NCBI GenBank assembly: GCA_944363735.1
Contig: CALVVB010000001.1
Location: forward strand, 3,524-67,523
DNA: 64,000 bases
Origin: an uncultured Bacilli bacterium
GTDB lineage: Bacteria; Bacillota_I; Bacilli_A; RF39; UBA660
Reading direction: 5' to 3'
Both the position numbers and the translations under genes were made by a program. The notes beneath the pieces are model-generated. The model did not search any database, had not been told where the DNA came from, and saw only the letters and a list, made by a program, of their open reading frames with translations. How positions within the stretch are numbered: the first letter of the stretch is position 1; the number at the start of each line of letters is the position of its first letter. Shown here piece after piece: positions 8,460-18,362 of the stretch.

Positions 8460-9389
8460 ATGAAGAATAAAACAATAAAATCAAAAATTATCATTATAAT
8501 AATGCTATTATTTTTAGTAACAGGATGTACAACAACATTAGTAGACAAAGATAAAAAAGCAGTTCAAAATCCTGAAACAGGACAATCATTAACAGCAAAT
8601 ATTTTATGTCAACCAGAAAATGAACAAACTAGAAAGCTATATGAAGATAATGGTGTAAAATTAAAAGATTTACCAAAATGCTCAGAGTTCACACCAAGTT
8701 CAACTGAATATGATGGATTATGGACAGGAATATTTGTAAAACCATTAGCATTCTTAATATTAACATTAGGTAAGTATATTGGAAGTTTCGCTCTTAGTAT
8801 AATAATAATTACTATTATTATAAGACTAATTTTATTTCCATTTACAAGAAAAATGGCTGTTCAAAGTGAAATGATGAAAAAGGCATCTCCAGAACTAGCT
8901 AGAATTCAAAAGAAATATGAAGGAAAAACAGATCAAGACTCTATGTTAAAACAAAATCAAGAAATGATGATGGTTTATAAAAAATATAACTTTAATCCAC
9001 TAACAAGTTGTCTAATCTCCTTTATTCAACTACCTCTATTACTAGCATTCTTAGAAGCAATAAATAGAGTTCCAGCAATCTTTGAAGAAAACTTTTTAGG
9101 AATTCAATTAGGAACAACACCATTAGTAGGTTTTGGAAGTTCGACAATTTATATGTATATAATTCTTTTACTTATAATAGGTGGTTCAACTATTCTTATG
9201 TTTAAAACAACAAGTAATGGTGCTACCGATCCATCAATGAAAATGATGCCAATTATGATGAGTGTAATTATTATAATAACAGCATTTTTTATGCCTTCCG
9301 CTTTAGGGATATATTGGTCAGTAGGTAATATATTTGCAATAATTCAAAATATTGTAGTAAAAAAGGGGATGGAAAAGCATGATAAATAA
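8460..9389 (+). CDS. yidC: Membrane protein insertase YidC/SpoIIIJ family lipoprotein
   Basis: Lipobox LVTGC, a multi-TM C-terminal region, and conserved position after rnpA. Confidence 0.85.
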   Translation: MKNKTIKSKIIIIIMLLFLVTGCTTTLVDKDKKAVQNPETGQSLTANILCQPENEQTRKLYEDNGVKLKDLPKCSEFTPSSTEYDGLWTGIFVKPLAFLILTLGKYIGSFALSIIIITIIIRLILFPFTRKMAVQSEMMKKASPELARIQKKYEGKTDQDSMLKQNQEMMMVYKKYNFNPLTSCLISFIQLPLLLAFLEAINRVPAIFEENFLGIQLGTTPLVGFGSSTIYMYIILLLIIGGSTILMFKTTSNGATDPSMKMMPIMMSVIIIITAFFMPSALGIYWSVGNIFAIIQNIVVKKGMEKHDK

Positions 9390-9987
9390 ACATAATTACA
9401 CCGGAAAAACATATGAAGAAGCAGTAAATAAAGCTAAAATAGATTTACAAGAATTAGAAGAAAACTTAATAATAAATACAAAAGAAGAAAAGAAAACATT
9501 ATTATCAAAAAAAGTTGAAATAGAAGTAATAGAAAAAAGAGAAATAAAAGAATTTCTAAAAAAAGAAATAAAGTCAATTTTAAAAGATATGGGCTTTGAA
9601 GTTGAAATAGAAATGACTATTAATAATGATACAACAACATATCGTTTGTATTCTACAAATGATGCTTTATTAATAGGAAAAGATGGTAAAAACTTAAAAG
9701 CACTTACAACAATAGTAAATGCTATTTTAACAAAACAAATAAATAATAATTATCGCTTCTTAATAGATGTAAGTGATTATAAAGAAAAAAATGATAGAAG
9801 AATAGAAAGACTTGCAAAAAAACTAGCAAGAGAAGTAAAAGAAACAAAAGTAGAAACAAAAATGGACTCTATGAATTCATATCAAAGAAGACTAGTCCAT
9901 AATGTTTTAACTAATAATAAATATGTCTATACTGAAAGTGTAGGAGAAGAACCTAATCGCTGCGTTGTTATAAAACCTCGCGACTAG
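9379..9987 (+). CDS. jag: Jag/KhpB RNA-binding protein (KH + R3H)
   Basis: 202 aa with a C-terminal R3H-like YQRRLVHNVL. Position after yidC fits. Confidence 0.8.
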   Translation: MINKHNYTGKTYEEAVNKAKIDLQELEENLIINTKEEKKTLLSKKVEIEVIEKREIKEFLKKEIKSILKDMGFEVEIEMTINNDTTTYRLYSTNDALLIGKDGKNLKALTTIVNAILTKQINNNYRFLIDVSDYKEKNDRRIERLAKKLAREVKETKVETKMDSMNSYQRRLVHNVLTNNKYVYTESVGEEPNRCVVIKPRD

Positions 9988-10098
9988 GTCTTTTTTTGTC
10001 AAAAAGTGACTAATAAAAAACTTTCCTTATTTATACCCTTTACAGCTGTATAAAACCAAAATATAATAATATGACTGAAAAAGAAAGGAAGGTGTTAT

Positions 10099-10830
10099 AT
10101 GCAAGAAATAGTTGCAAATACAGTAGATGATTTAGAATTTTTAAAATTAACATTAACCATTGAAATAGATAATATAAAAAGAAATATAAAAAGTTTAATT
10201 ATATATCCAAAAGTACAAGATTATATAAATTTATTAAGAAAAAAAGAAGATTTAAAGAAAAATAATATTTATAAAGACCCTTTAAAATCAGAAATTAAAG
10301 ATAAAATTGCCTTTTTAATAAATACTTATACAGAAGTAAAACAATATGAAGAAAATATAAAAGTATTAAAAGAATATAACAAAGAATTAATAAAAATAGA
10401 AAACTTAATATCAGTAAATGGTATTATATGCAATAAAGAAAAACAAAATAAAATATATTATTCTCAAAAAACAATAATAATGCATTTATTAACTATAAAA
10501 AAAGAAGAAGGATTAAATTTACAAACAAATATAGAAGAATTAAATAGATATATTGATGCTGTAAGACAATCATTACAAAGTGAAATTCATTATGAAGATG
10601 ATAAAGTTATAGATGAAATATTAAGTTATAAAGTATATGAAAATCCTCGTAATTATGATATAAAGAATGTAAGAGAACTACCATCTATAGAAATAGAATA
10701 TTTATCTAAAAATAATAAATTAACAAAAAGAGAAAAAGAATCATTTTTTGGTAGAAATGCATATGAATCTTTAGGACTAATAAAAAAAGAAGAATATATA
10801 AAAAGAATAGGAGTAAAGAAAAATGACTGA
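10099..10830 (+). CDS. Hypothetical K/E-rich, probably coiled-coil protein
   Basis: 243-aa ORF with RBS AAGGAAGGTG. Its stop overlaps the mnmE start by 8 nt. I recognise no family. Confidence 0.5.
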   Translation: MQEIVANTVDDLEFLKLTLTIEIDNIKRNIKSLIIYPKVQDYINLLRKKEDLKKNNIYKDPLKSEIKDKIAFLINTYTEVKQYEENIKVLKEYNKELIKIENLISVNGIICNKEKQNKIYYSQKTIIMHLLTIKKEEGLNLQTNIEELNRYIDAVRQSLQSEIHYEDDKVIDEILSYKVYENPRNYDIKNVRELPSIEIEYLSKNNKLTKREKESFFGRNAYESLGLIKKEEYIKRIGVKKND

Positions 10831-12178
10831 TACAATAGTTGCAATATCAACAAAATTAGGAGTAGGCGCTATTTCTATTATAAGATTAAGTGGAGATAAT
10901 GCTATATCTTTAGTAAATAATTTTTTTAGAGGTAAAGATTTAAATAAAGTAGAGTCTCATACTATAAATTATGGATTTATTAATGATGGTAAAGAAGATA
11001 TAGATGAAGTATTAGTATCAGTAATGAGGGCTCCTAAAACTTTTACTAGAGAAGATATTGTGGAGATAAATTGTCATGGTGGTATTGCTACAACTCTTAG
11101 AATTCTTGATTTATTAATAGAAAGCGGGGCAAGAAGGGCAGAAGCTGGAGAGTTTACTAAAAGGGCTTTTCTTAACGGGAGAATAGATTTAACAGAAGCT
11201 GAAGCAGTAATGGACTTAATAGAAAGTAAGACAGATAATAGTAGAAAACTTGCTTTATCATCTCTAGAAGGTAATCTAAAAAAATATATCAATAGTTTTA
11301 GAAATAAATTAAAACATGTTATTGCAAACATTGAAGTAAATATAGATTATCCTGAATACTATGATATAGAAGAAGTTACTAAGAAAGAATTAAAAGAAGT
11401 AATAAATGACCTTGAAAAAGATTTACAAAACTTAGTAAAAAAGTCAGAAGAACGACAAATTATTAAAAATGGTATTAAGACTATTATTATAGGTAGACCT
11501 AATGTCGGAAAGAGTAGTATCTTAAATAGATTTCTAAAAGAAGATAAAGCTATTGTTACTGATATTGAAGGAACAACAAGAGATATAGTTGAAGGAAGTA
11601 TTATCTTTGATGGTATAGAATTATCTTTAATAGATACAGCAGGTATAAGAGATACCGATAACTTAGCCGAAAAAATAGGAGTAGAGAAGAGTTTATCTTT
11701 AATAAACAAAGCAAACCTTATTATAGTAGTATTAAACTCTAGTGAAGAGTTAAATGATAATGATAAGTTCATCTTAGATAAAGTAAAAGATAAGAATCCT
11801 ATTATAGTTTTAAATAAGAATGATTTACCTAAGAAAATTGATAAAGATAAGTTAGACTTTAAACATATTGTAAGTACTAATACTAATAGCCTAGATGGAA
11901 TAGAACCATTAAAAGAAGAAATAAAGAGTATGTTTAAACTATCAGAAATAAAAGAAGATGATTACACTTATCTTGCTAATGAAAGGCAATTAACATTAGC
12001 GAAGAAGGCCCTTAAGAGTTTAGGAGATGCTAAAGTTAGTTTAGAATCTGATGAACCTGTTGATATAATAGAAATAGACTTAAAGGAAGTATTTGATATT
12101 TTAGGTTCTATTACAGGAGAAAGCTATAGTGATGAACTACTAGATGAGTTATTTGCAAATTTCTGTGTAGGAAAGTAA
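10823..12178 (+). CDS. mnmE: tRNA modification GTPase MnmE
   Basis: G-domain GRPNVGKSS, DTAGIR, and the C-terminal FCVGK motif. Confidence 0.93.
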   Translation: MTDTIVAISTKLGVGAISIIRLSGDNAISLVNNFFRGKDLNKVESHTINYGFINDGKEDIDEVLVSVMRAPKTFTREDIVEINCHGGIATTLRILDLLIESGARRAEAGEFTKRAFLNGRIDLTEAEAVMDLIESKTDNSRKLALSSLEGNLKKYINSFRNKLKHVIANIEVNIDYPEYYDIEEVTKKELKEVINDLEKDLQNLVKKSEERQIIKNGIKTIIIGRPNVGKSSILNRFLKEDKAIVTDIEGTTRDIVEGSIIFDGIELSLIDTAGIRDTDNLAEKIGVEKSLSLINKANLIIVVLNSSEELNDNDKFILDKVKDKNPIIVLNKNDLPKKIDKDKLDFKHIVSTNTNSLDGIEPLKEEIKSMFKLSEIKEDDYTYLANERQLTLAKKALKSLGDAKVSLESDEPVDIIEIDLKEVFDILGSITGESYSDELLDELFANFCVGK

Positions 12179-12194
12179 GAAAGGAATAATATAA

Positions 12195-12521
12195 ATGAGC
12201 AAGAAAATTACTAAGAAGAATTCAATTTTATTTAATCAATTATGGATAAACAAAGCAATAGAAGATGGTAATAGTTTTGTTTTAATATCTAAAAAAGAAG
12301 ATGATAGAAGCATTGGTGAAATAATAGAAGAAAGGTATTTAGAAGAGGACTTAGAACCAAAAAGTAGAAAAGTAACAGAACATGACTCTTTATTATATCA
12401 AAGAGAATGGCTAAAAAAATATAGAGAGGAAGGTTTACCTATTCCAAATCGAAAAGTAGCAGGAAAATATAGTTTAGGCCAAATTCTTGCTTTAAAACAT
12501 TTTGAACTAGAAATGTTTTAA
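12195..12521 (+). CDS. Hypothetical 108-aa protein
   Basis: ORF with RBS GAAAGGAA, lying between mnmE and mnmG. I recognise no family. Confidence 0.45.
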   Translation: MSKKITKKNSILFNQLWINKAIEDGNSFVLISKKEDDRSIGEIIEERYLEEDLEPKSRKVTEHDSLLYQREWLKKYREEGLPIPNRKVAGKYSLGQILALKHFELEMF

Positions 12522-12574
12522 AGCAAGTGAAAAAGAAAAAGTACTAGAATTAAAATAAAGGTAGTGATGTATAA

Positions 12575-14431
12575 ATGAATTATGAAGTAATTGTTGTAGG
12601 AGGAGGTCATGCTGGTATAGAAGCCTGTCTTGCTAGTTCAAGACTTAACCACAAGACACTTTTAGTAACTGGTAATATTAATAATATTGCCGATATGCCA
12701 TGTAATCCTTCTATAGGAGGACCTGCTAAAGGAATAGTTGTAAGAGAAATAGATGCCCTAGGTGGCGAAATGGCTAAAAATACTGATAAGAGTTCTTTAC
12801 AAATGAAAATGTTAAATACTAAAAAAGGACCTGCCGTTAGAGCCTTACGTGCTCAAGCAGATAAAGTTATCTATAAAGAAGAAATGTTAAAGACTTTAAT
12901 TTGTCAAGATAATCTAGATATTAAAGAAGGATTAGTAAAAGAACTTATTATAAAAGATAATAAAATAAGTGGAGTAATATTAGAAGATGGTGAAGAAATA
13001 ACTTCTAAATCCGTTATTTTAACAACAGGAACTTATTTAAAAGGAACAATATTAGTAGGGGATAAAAAAACAGCAGGAGGTCCTCATGGTGAAAAAGCTA
13101 GTAACTATTTAAGCCCATTCTTAAAGAAGCTAGGCTTTAATATCTTAAGACTAAAAACAGGAACTCCTCCTCGTATTGAAAAGAGTAGTGTCGACTTTTC
13201 TAAAATGCAAAAAGAACTAGGAAGTAGTGAAGATATAACTTTCTCATACGATAATACTACCGCCCTTGCCTATAAATACCAACTCCCTTGTTATTTAATT
13301 TATACTAATGAGTTAACTCATAAGATAATTAAAGATCATCTTAATGAATCTAGTATGTATGGAGGCTATGTTGAAGGAGTAGGACCAAGATATTGTCCAT
13401 CTATAGAGGATAAAGTAGTAAGATTTAGTGATAAAGAACGTCATCAATTATTTTTAGAACCAGAAAGTATTTACTATGATGATTTATATTTACAAGGCTT
13501 CTCAACAAGTATGCCTCACTATGTTCAAGAACAAATGGTCCATAGTCTATCTGGTTTAGAAAATGCAAAAATATTAAAATATGCTTATGCTATAGAGTAT
13601 GATGCCATAGACTCGAGACAAATAAAACCAACTCTTGAAACAAAGATAATTGAAAATCTTTATACAGCAGGACAAATAAATGGAACAAGTGGTTATGAAG
13701 AAGCAGCAGGACAAGGATTAATCGCTGGAATAAACGCTTCTCTAAAATTAGAAGAAAAAGCCCCATTAATTCTAAAACGTAATGAATCTTATATTGGTGT
13801 TTTAATTGATGATTTAGTAACAAAAGGAGTAAAAGATCCATATCGCCTGTTAACTTCCCGTGCTGAATATCGCCTTCTTTTAAGAGATGATAATGCTGAT
13901 TTAAGATTAAAAGAATACGGCCATAAAGTAGGTTTAGTTAGTGATAGTATTTATAACAAATTCTTAAAAAAGAAAAGTGATATAGAAAAATTAACCAATA
14001 TTTTAAAAGAAACTAAAATTACTCCAAAACAAGATATAAATAATATTTTAATAAAACTAAATACATCACCATTAAAAGATAGTATTACATTATATGATTT
14101 ATTAAAAAGACCTGAACTATCTATAGAAGATTTAACTAATTTTAAAGATTTGAATTATTCTAAAGAAGTCCTAAAAGAAGTTGAGATAAATGTAAAATAT
14201 GAAGGGTATATAAAAAAATCTATGGAAGAAGCAAAGAAAATGTTAGAACTAGAAGATAAAGAAATACCAGAAGATATTAACTATCAAGATATTCCTAATA
14301 TTGCTAGTGAAGCGAAAGAAAAACTAGAAGAAATAAAACCAATAACTTTAGGTCAAGCTAGTAGAATAAGTGGTGTTAATCCTGCAGACATTGCTATTAT
14401 ATCTGTCTATTTAAAGAAAAGAGGAAACTAA
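12575..14431 (+). CDS. mnmG: tRNA uridine 5-carboxymethylaminomethyl modification enzyme MnmG (GidA)
   Basis: FAD motif VIVVGGGHAGIEA, 618 aa, conserved neighbourhood. Confidence 0.95.
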   Translation: MNYEVIVVGGGHAGIEACLASSRLNHKTLLVTGNINNIADMPCNPSIGGPAKGIVVREIDALGGEMAKNTDKSSLQMKMLNTKKGPAVRALRAQADKVIYKEEMLKTLICQDNLDIKEGLVKELIIKDNKISGVILEDGEEITSKSVILTTGTYLKGTILVGDKKTAGGPHGEKASNYLSPFLKKLGFNILRLKTGTPPRIEKSSVDFSKMQKELGSSEDITFSYDNTTALAYKYQLPCYLIYTNELTHKIIKDHLNESSMYGGYVEGVGPRYCPSIEDKVVRFSDKERHQLFLEPESIYYDDLYLQGFSTSMPHYVQEQMVHSLSGLENAKILKYAYAIEYDAIDSRQIKPTLETKIIENLYTAGQINGTSGYEEAAGQGLIAGINASLKLEEKAPLILKRNESYIGVLIDDLVTKGVKDPYRLLTSRAEYRLLLRDDNADLRLKEYGHKVGLVSDSIYNKFLKKKSDIEKLTNILKETKITPKQDINNILIKLNTSPLKDSITLYDLLKRPELSIEDLTNFKDLNYSKEVLKEVEINVKYEGYIKKSMEEAKKMLELEDKEIPEDINYQDIPNIASEAKEKLEEIKPITLGQASRISGVNPADIAIISVYLKKRGN

Positions 14432-15079
14432 ATGACCATTGAAGAATTTATAAAAGAAGTAGAAAAACTAGGAATAAAAATAACAGCTAAAGAATTAGAA
14501 AAGCTAGATATTATTTATAATACTTTAATAGAAACAAATAAAACTATGAATCTAACAAGAATAACAGAAAAAGGAGATGTTTATTTAAAACATTTCTATG
14601 ATAGTCTAACATTGGCCAAAGTATATGATTTGTCTAAAGCAAGTACCCTTTGTGATATTGGCACAGGAGCAGGTTTTCCAGGACTTATTTTAAAAATATT
14701 CTATCCTAATTTAGCCATAAGTTTAGTAGATTCTCTTTTAAAAAGAGTAAATTATCTTAACAATTTAATAGAAGAGTTACAACTAACTGGTATAAAAGCT
14801 TATCATATTCGTGCCGAAGACTTAATAAAAGAAGGTAAAAAGTTTGATATTGTAACAGCAAGAGCAGTAAGTGCTTTACCTAAATTACTATTATGGACCA
14901 TGCCTTTAGTAAATAAAAATGGTAGTTTTCTTGCTATGAAAGGTAATGTTACGGAAGAGTTAGAATTATCTAAAGATATCCTGAAAAAACATAACTGGTA
15001 TATTAATAAAAAAGAAATTTTTACCTTACCTAAGAAAGAAGATATAAGAACAGTTTTAGAAATAAAAAATAAAGCCTAG
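14432..15079 (+). CDS. rsmG: 16S rRNA (guanine527-N7)-methyltransferase RsmG (GidB)
   Basis: SAM motif DIGTGAGFPG. Starts immediately after mnmG. Confidence 0.9.
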   Translation: MTIEEFIKEVEKLGIKITAKELEKLDIIYNTLIETNKTMNLTRITEKGDVYLKHFYDSLTLAKVYDLSKASTLCDIGTGAGFPGLILKIFYPNLAISLVDSLLKRVNYLNNLIEELQLTGIKAYHIRAEDLIKEGKKFDIVTARAVSALPKLLLWTMPLVNKNGSFLAMKGNVTEELELSKDILKKHNWYINKKEIFTLPKKEDIRTVLEIKNKA

Positions 15080-15150
15080 CAAACTAATACAATTAATGAT
15101 ATAATAAGATTAGTAAAAAATAAAAAGAATAGAATAAAGAGGGGATTAAC

Positions 15151-16581
15151 ATGAATAATAAAGATAACGAAGTTGTATATTTACATTTAGATGATATAAT
15201 TCCAAATAGATTTCAACCAAGACAAGTATTTGACGAAAGAGCTTTAAAAGAATTGGCTGTTTCTATTAAAGAGCATGGTGTAATCCAACCAATTATTGTT
15301 CGTAATATAGGTAATAAATATGAAATAATAGCAGGAGAAAGAAGATATAAAGCATCAGCTATGGCAGGACTTACAACAATACCAGCTATTATTCGCAATT
15401 TAGATGATAAGGAAAGTAGTAAGGTAGCCCTTCTTGAAAATTTACAACGTAAAAATTTAAATCCAATTGAAGAAGCAAAAACATATCAAAAGATTCTTGA
15501 ATTAGATCAAATGACTCAAGAAGAACTAGCTAAAACTATGGGTAAAAGCCAAAGTGCCGTTGCTAATAAATTACGACTATTAGCTTTAACAGATGAAGTT
15601 CAAGATGCACTATTAAAAGATAAAATTTCAGAACGTCATGCTAGAACTCTTCTAAATGCACCTGATGCTGACACTCAAAAGAAATTATTAAAAGAAGTAA
15701 TAGATAATAAGCTAACAGTTAGAGAACTAGAAGAGAAAATAAAACCTAAAGAAGAATTAACTCCTACAGATATAGAAAATCTTTTAAATCCTCAACCAGT
15801 TAATACTCATGCTAATTCAATAGAATCTTTAATGTCTCAAAATTCTTCTAACGACACTATTACTTCTCAATCTTCTCAAAGTAACTTTAATCAAAGTGTA
15901 GGAATTGATTATTCAACACCACCTAAATTTATTGATTATGATGTTCCTAATATTACTGAAAATTTAGAAAGTACTGCAAATAAGCAGATTGATATTAATG
16001 CTATAAAAGATAATGCCAAGGATATAAATATAGAAGAAGAATCTACAACAAAAACTAATATAGATGAATTTTTAAAAGTAACTCCTAAAGAAGAAAATAA
16101 AGAAGAACCACAACAATCATTTAAATTTTTCTCGCCTGAAGAAGGAGTACATAATGAAGTTAATAAAGATAACACAACTCCTATATTCAATACACCCATG
16201 CCAACAGAACAACAACTTAACAATGTTGATCCATTTAATTTAGGAAACGAAACAAAAGAATTAGAAGACTCTACAAGTACTTCTATGGATAATCTATTAT
16301 CAGGAGTTAATAATCAAGCATCTGCAAAACAAATACCAGTACAATCTATAAATACTTTTAATAATCCATTCGCTAATAATCCACTTTTCCAAGATAATAT
16401 TCAAAACAATCAAGAAATATCAACTGTAACAAAACCAAAATATAATTTAAATGAATCTATAAATTTAGTAAGAGAAACTCTAAAAAAAATTGAAGAAAGT
16501 GGATTTAAAGTAGATAGTGAAGAAATTGATCTTATTAATAACTATCAAATCACAATAAAAATATCAAAAGAAAATAATTAA
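15151..16581 (+). CDS. noc: Nucleoid occlusion protein Noc ortholog (ParB family) with a long low-complexity insertion
   Basis: ParB N-domain and HTH (GERRYKAS, ENLQRKNLNPIEEA). The C-terminus INLVRETLKKIEESGFKVDSEEIDLINNYQITIKISK resembles the B. subtilis Noc C-terminus from memory. Lies between rsmG and parA as in Bacillus. Confidence 0.75.
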   Translation: MNNKDNEVVYLHLDDIIPNRFQPRQVFDERALKELAVSIKEHGVIQPIIVRNIGNKYEIIAGERRYKASAMAGLTTIPAIIRNLDDKESSKVALLENLQRKNLNPIEEAKTYQKILELDQMTQEELAKTMGKSQSAVANKLRLLALTDEVQDALLKDKISERHARTLLNAPDADTQKKLLKEVIDNKLTVRELEEKIKPKEELTPTDIENLLNPQPVNTHANSIESLMSQNSSNDTITSQSSQSNFNQSVGIDYSTPPKFIDYDVPNITENLESTANKQIDINAIKDNAKDINIEEESTTKTNIDEFLKVTPKEENKEEPQQSFKFFSPEEGVHNEVNKDNTTPIFNTPMPTEQQLNNVDPFNLGNETKELEDSTSTSMDNLLSGVNNQASAKQIPVQSINTFNNPFANNPLFQDNIQNNQEISTVTKPKYNLNESINLVRETLKKIEESGFKVDSEEIDLINNYQITIKISKENN

Positions 16582-16585
16582 GGCT

Positions 16586-16611
16586 AAAAGTAGAGTTAAA
16601 TCTACTTTTTT
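16586..16611 (+). terminator. Rho-independent terminator after noc
   Basis: AAAAGTAGA-gttaaa-TCTACTTTT followed by a T-run. Confidence 0.7.
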
Positions 16612-16683
16612 AGATAAATTTCTTTTCATAATACCATATTTTTGATACAATAATTAAGACAAATAAGAGAAGAGAGTGATAAA

Positions 16684-17472
16684 ATGGCAAAGGTAATTTC
16701 TTTAGTAAATCAAAAAGGTGGAGTAGGCAAGACAACGACAAGTATTAACCTTTCTGCATCACTAGCATTTCTTGGAAAGAAAGTATTATTAATAGACTTA
16801 GATCCTCAAGGAAATACTACTACTGGTGTAGGTATAAATAAAGGAGATATAAATCTAAGTATATACGATGTTTTAACTAATAAATGTAGTACCAAAGATG
16901 CAATGTTAAAAACTAAATATAAAAAATTATATGTCTTACCAGCAACAATTAATTTAGCAGGTCTTGATATCGAACTTCTTGAAAAAAGTCAAAGTGAACC
17001 TGGGTTTGCCAAGGGAGCTCAACTTAAATATCATTTACAAGAATTAGAAGATGAAAACTTTGATTTCATAATAATAGACTGTCCACCATCATTAGGATTA
17101 ATTACAACAAATGCACTAACAGCAAGTGATTCCGTTATTATTCCAGTTCAATGTGAATTCTTTGCACTTGAAGGAATAATGCAATTATTAAATACAATTA
17201 GACTAGCTCAAAAACAGTTAAATCCTAATCTAGATATTGAAGGAGTACTTCTTACAATGTTAGATTCAAGAACTAATCTTGGTTTTGAAGTAGTAGATGA
17301 TATTAGAAAATTTTTCAAAGAAAAAGTATATAATACTATTATACCAAGATTAATAAGATTAACAGAAGCACCATCACACGGTGAACCTATAATCGTATAT
17401 GACCCAAAAAGTAAAGGTTCAGAGGCTTATTTAAATTTAGCAAAGGAAGTGATTGATAGAAATGGAAACTAA
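16684..17472 (+). CDS. parA: Chromosome partitioning ATPase ParA/Soj
   Basis: Deviant Walker A NQKGGVGKTTT, 262 aa. Confidence 0.93.
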   Translation: MAKVISLVNQKGGVGKTTTSINLSASLAFLGKKVLLIDLDPQGNTTTGVGINKGDINLSIYDVLTNKCSTKDAMLKTKYKKLYVLPATINLAGLDIELLEKSQSEPGFAKGAQLKYHLQELEDENFDFIIIDCPPSLGLITTNALTASDSVIIPVQCEFFALEGIMQLLNTIRLAQKQLNPNLDIEGVLLTMLDSRTNLGFEVVDDIRKFFKEKVYNTIIPRLIRLTEAPSHGEPIIVYDPKSKGSEAYLNLAKEVIDRNGN

Positions 17473-18349
17473 AAGGCGTGCTTTAGGTAGAGGTCTTGAA
17501 GAATTGTTTAATAATGAACCATTAAATATGACAGAAATGGAAGAAAAAATAATTAAAACAACTCCAAAAGACGAAATTGTAAATATAAATTTAGATGAAT
17601 TAAGAAGTAATCCTTATCAGCCTCGCAAAAATTTTGATGAAGAAAGCTTAAAAGAGTTATCATCGTCTATTAAAGAACATGGAGTTTTTCAGCCAATAAT
17701 TGCTAAAAAAAGTATAAAAGGATATGAAATAATAGCAGGAGAACGACGTGTTAAAGCTTCAAGATTAGCAGGACTTACAACAATACCAGCTATCATCAAA
17801 GATTTTAGTGATGAAGAGATGATGGAAATTGCCCTTCTTGAAAACTTACAAAGAGAAAATTTAAGTGCATTAGAAGAAGCAGAGGCCTATAATTCTCTAA
17901 AAACAAGATTAAACTTAACTCAAGATGAATTAGCCAAAAAAGTAGGAAAATCAAGAAGTCATATTACAAATATGTTAGGATTATTAACTTTGCCTAATGA
18001 AATAAAAGACGAAGTTATGAAAGGTGAAATTAGCATGGGACATGCTAGATTATTAAGTAAATTAGAAGATAAAGACCAAGCTATAAGTCTAGCCGATAAA
18101 GTAATAAATGAAAATTTAAGTGTTAGAAAATTAGAAGAATTAACGACATCAAAAGAAGAATATCATCGTAAAAAAGAATTACCTAAAAGAAAAATAACAA
18201 AAAAAGAAAGTGAATATTCATATTTAGAAAATGATTTATGCGAAAAGTTAGGAACCAGAGTGAAAATAAAAGAAAATAAATTAGAAATAAGTTTTACTAA
18301 TGCAAATGACTTAACAAGAATACTAGAAATTATGCATTTAGATAAATAA
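17462..18349 (+). CDS. parB: Chromosome partitioning protein ParB/Spo0J
   Basis: Contains ALGRGLEELF, GERRVKAS and an HTH. I prefer the ATG at 17462 (RBS AAGGAAGTGA 9 nt upstream) over the tracked TTG at 17453. Confidence 0.9.
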   Translation: METKRRALGRGLEELFNNEPLNMTEMEEKIIKTTPKDEIVNINLDELRSNPYQPRKNFDEESLKELSSSIKEHGVFQPIIAKKSIKGYEIIAGERRVKASRLAGLTTIPAIIKDFSDEEMMEIALLENLQRENLSALEEAEAYNSLKTRLNLTQDELAKKVGKSRSHITNMLGLLTLPNEIKDEVMKGEISMGHARLLSKLEDKDQAISLADKVINENLSVRKLEELTTSKEEYHRKKELPKRKITKKESEYSYLENDLCEKLGTRVKIKENKLEISFTNANDLTRILEIMHLDK

Positions 18350-18362
18350 AGGAGGTAATCCC

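Noticed and set aside
10653-11772. Tracked minus-strand ORFs (10653-10853, 11074-11331, 11359-11772) lying antisense to the orphan gene and mnmE.
   Set aside because: They lie entirely opposite well-supported genes, have S/L/F/I-rich composition typical of the antisense of GAA/AAA-rich coding sequence, and have no RBS. The same applies to 13590-13841, 15213-15398, 15936-16223, 19480-19737, 19957-20235, 21692-21937, 23089-23367, 27933-28115, 28850-29047, 29494-29715, 30518-30772, 32019-32321, 33213-33416, 34105-34293, 37575-37808, 38323-38511, 42924-43115, 43270-43527, 44739-44945, 46492-46785, 49962-50369, 51662-51862, 54866-55117, 55151-55390, 56910-57122, 57301-57513 and 60727-60921.
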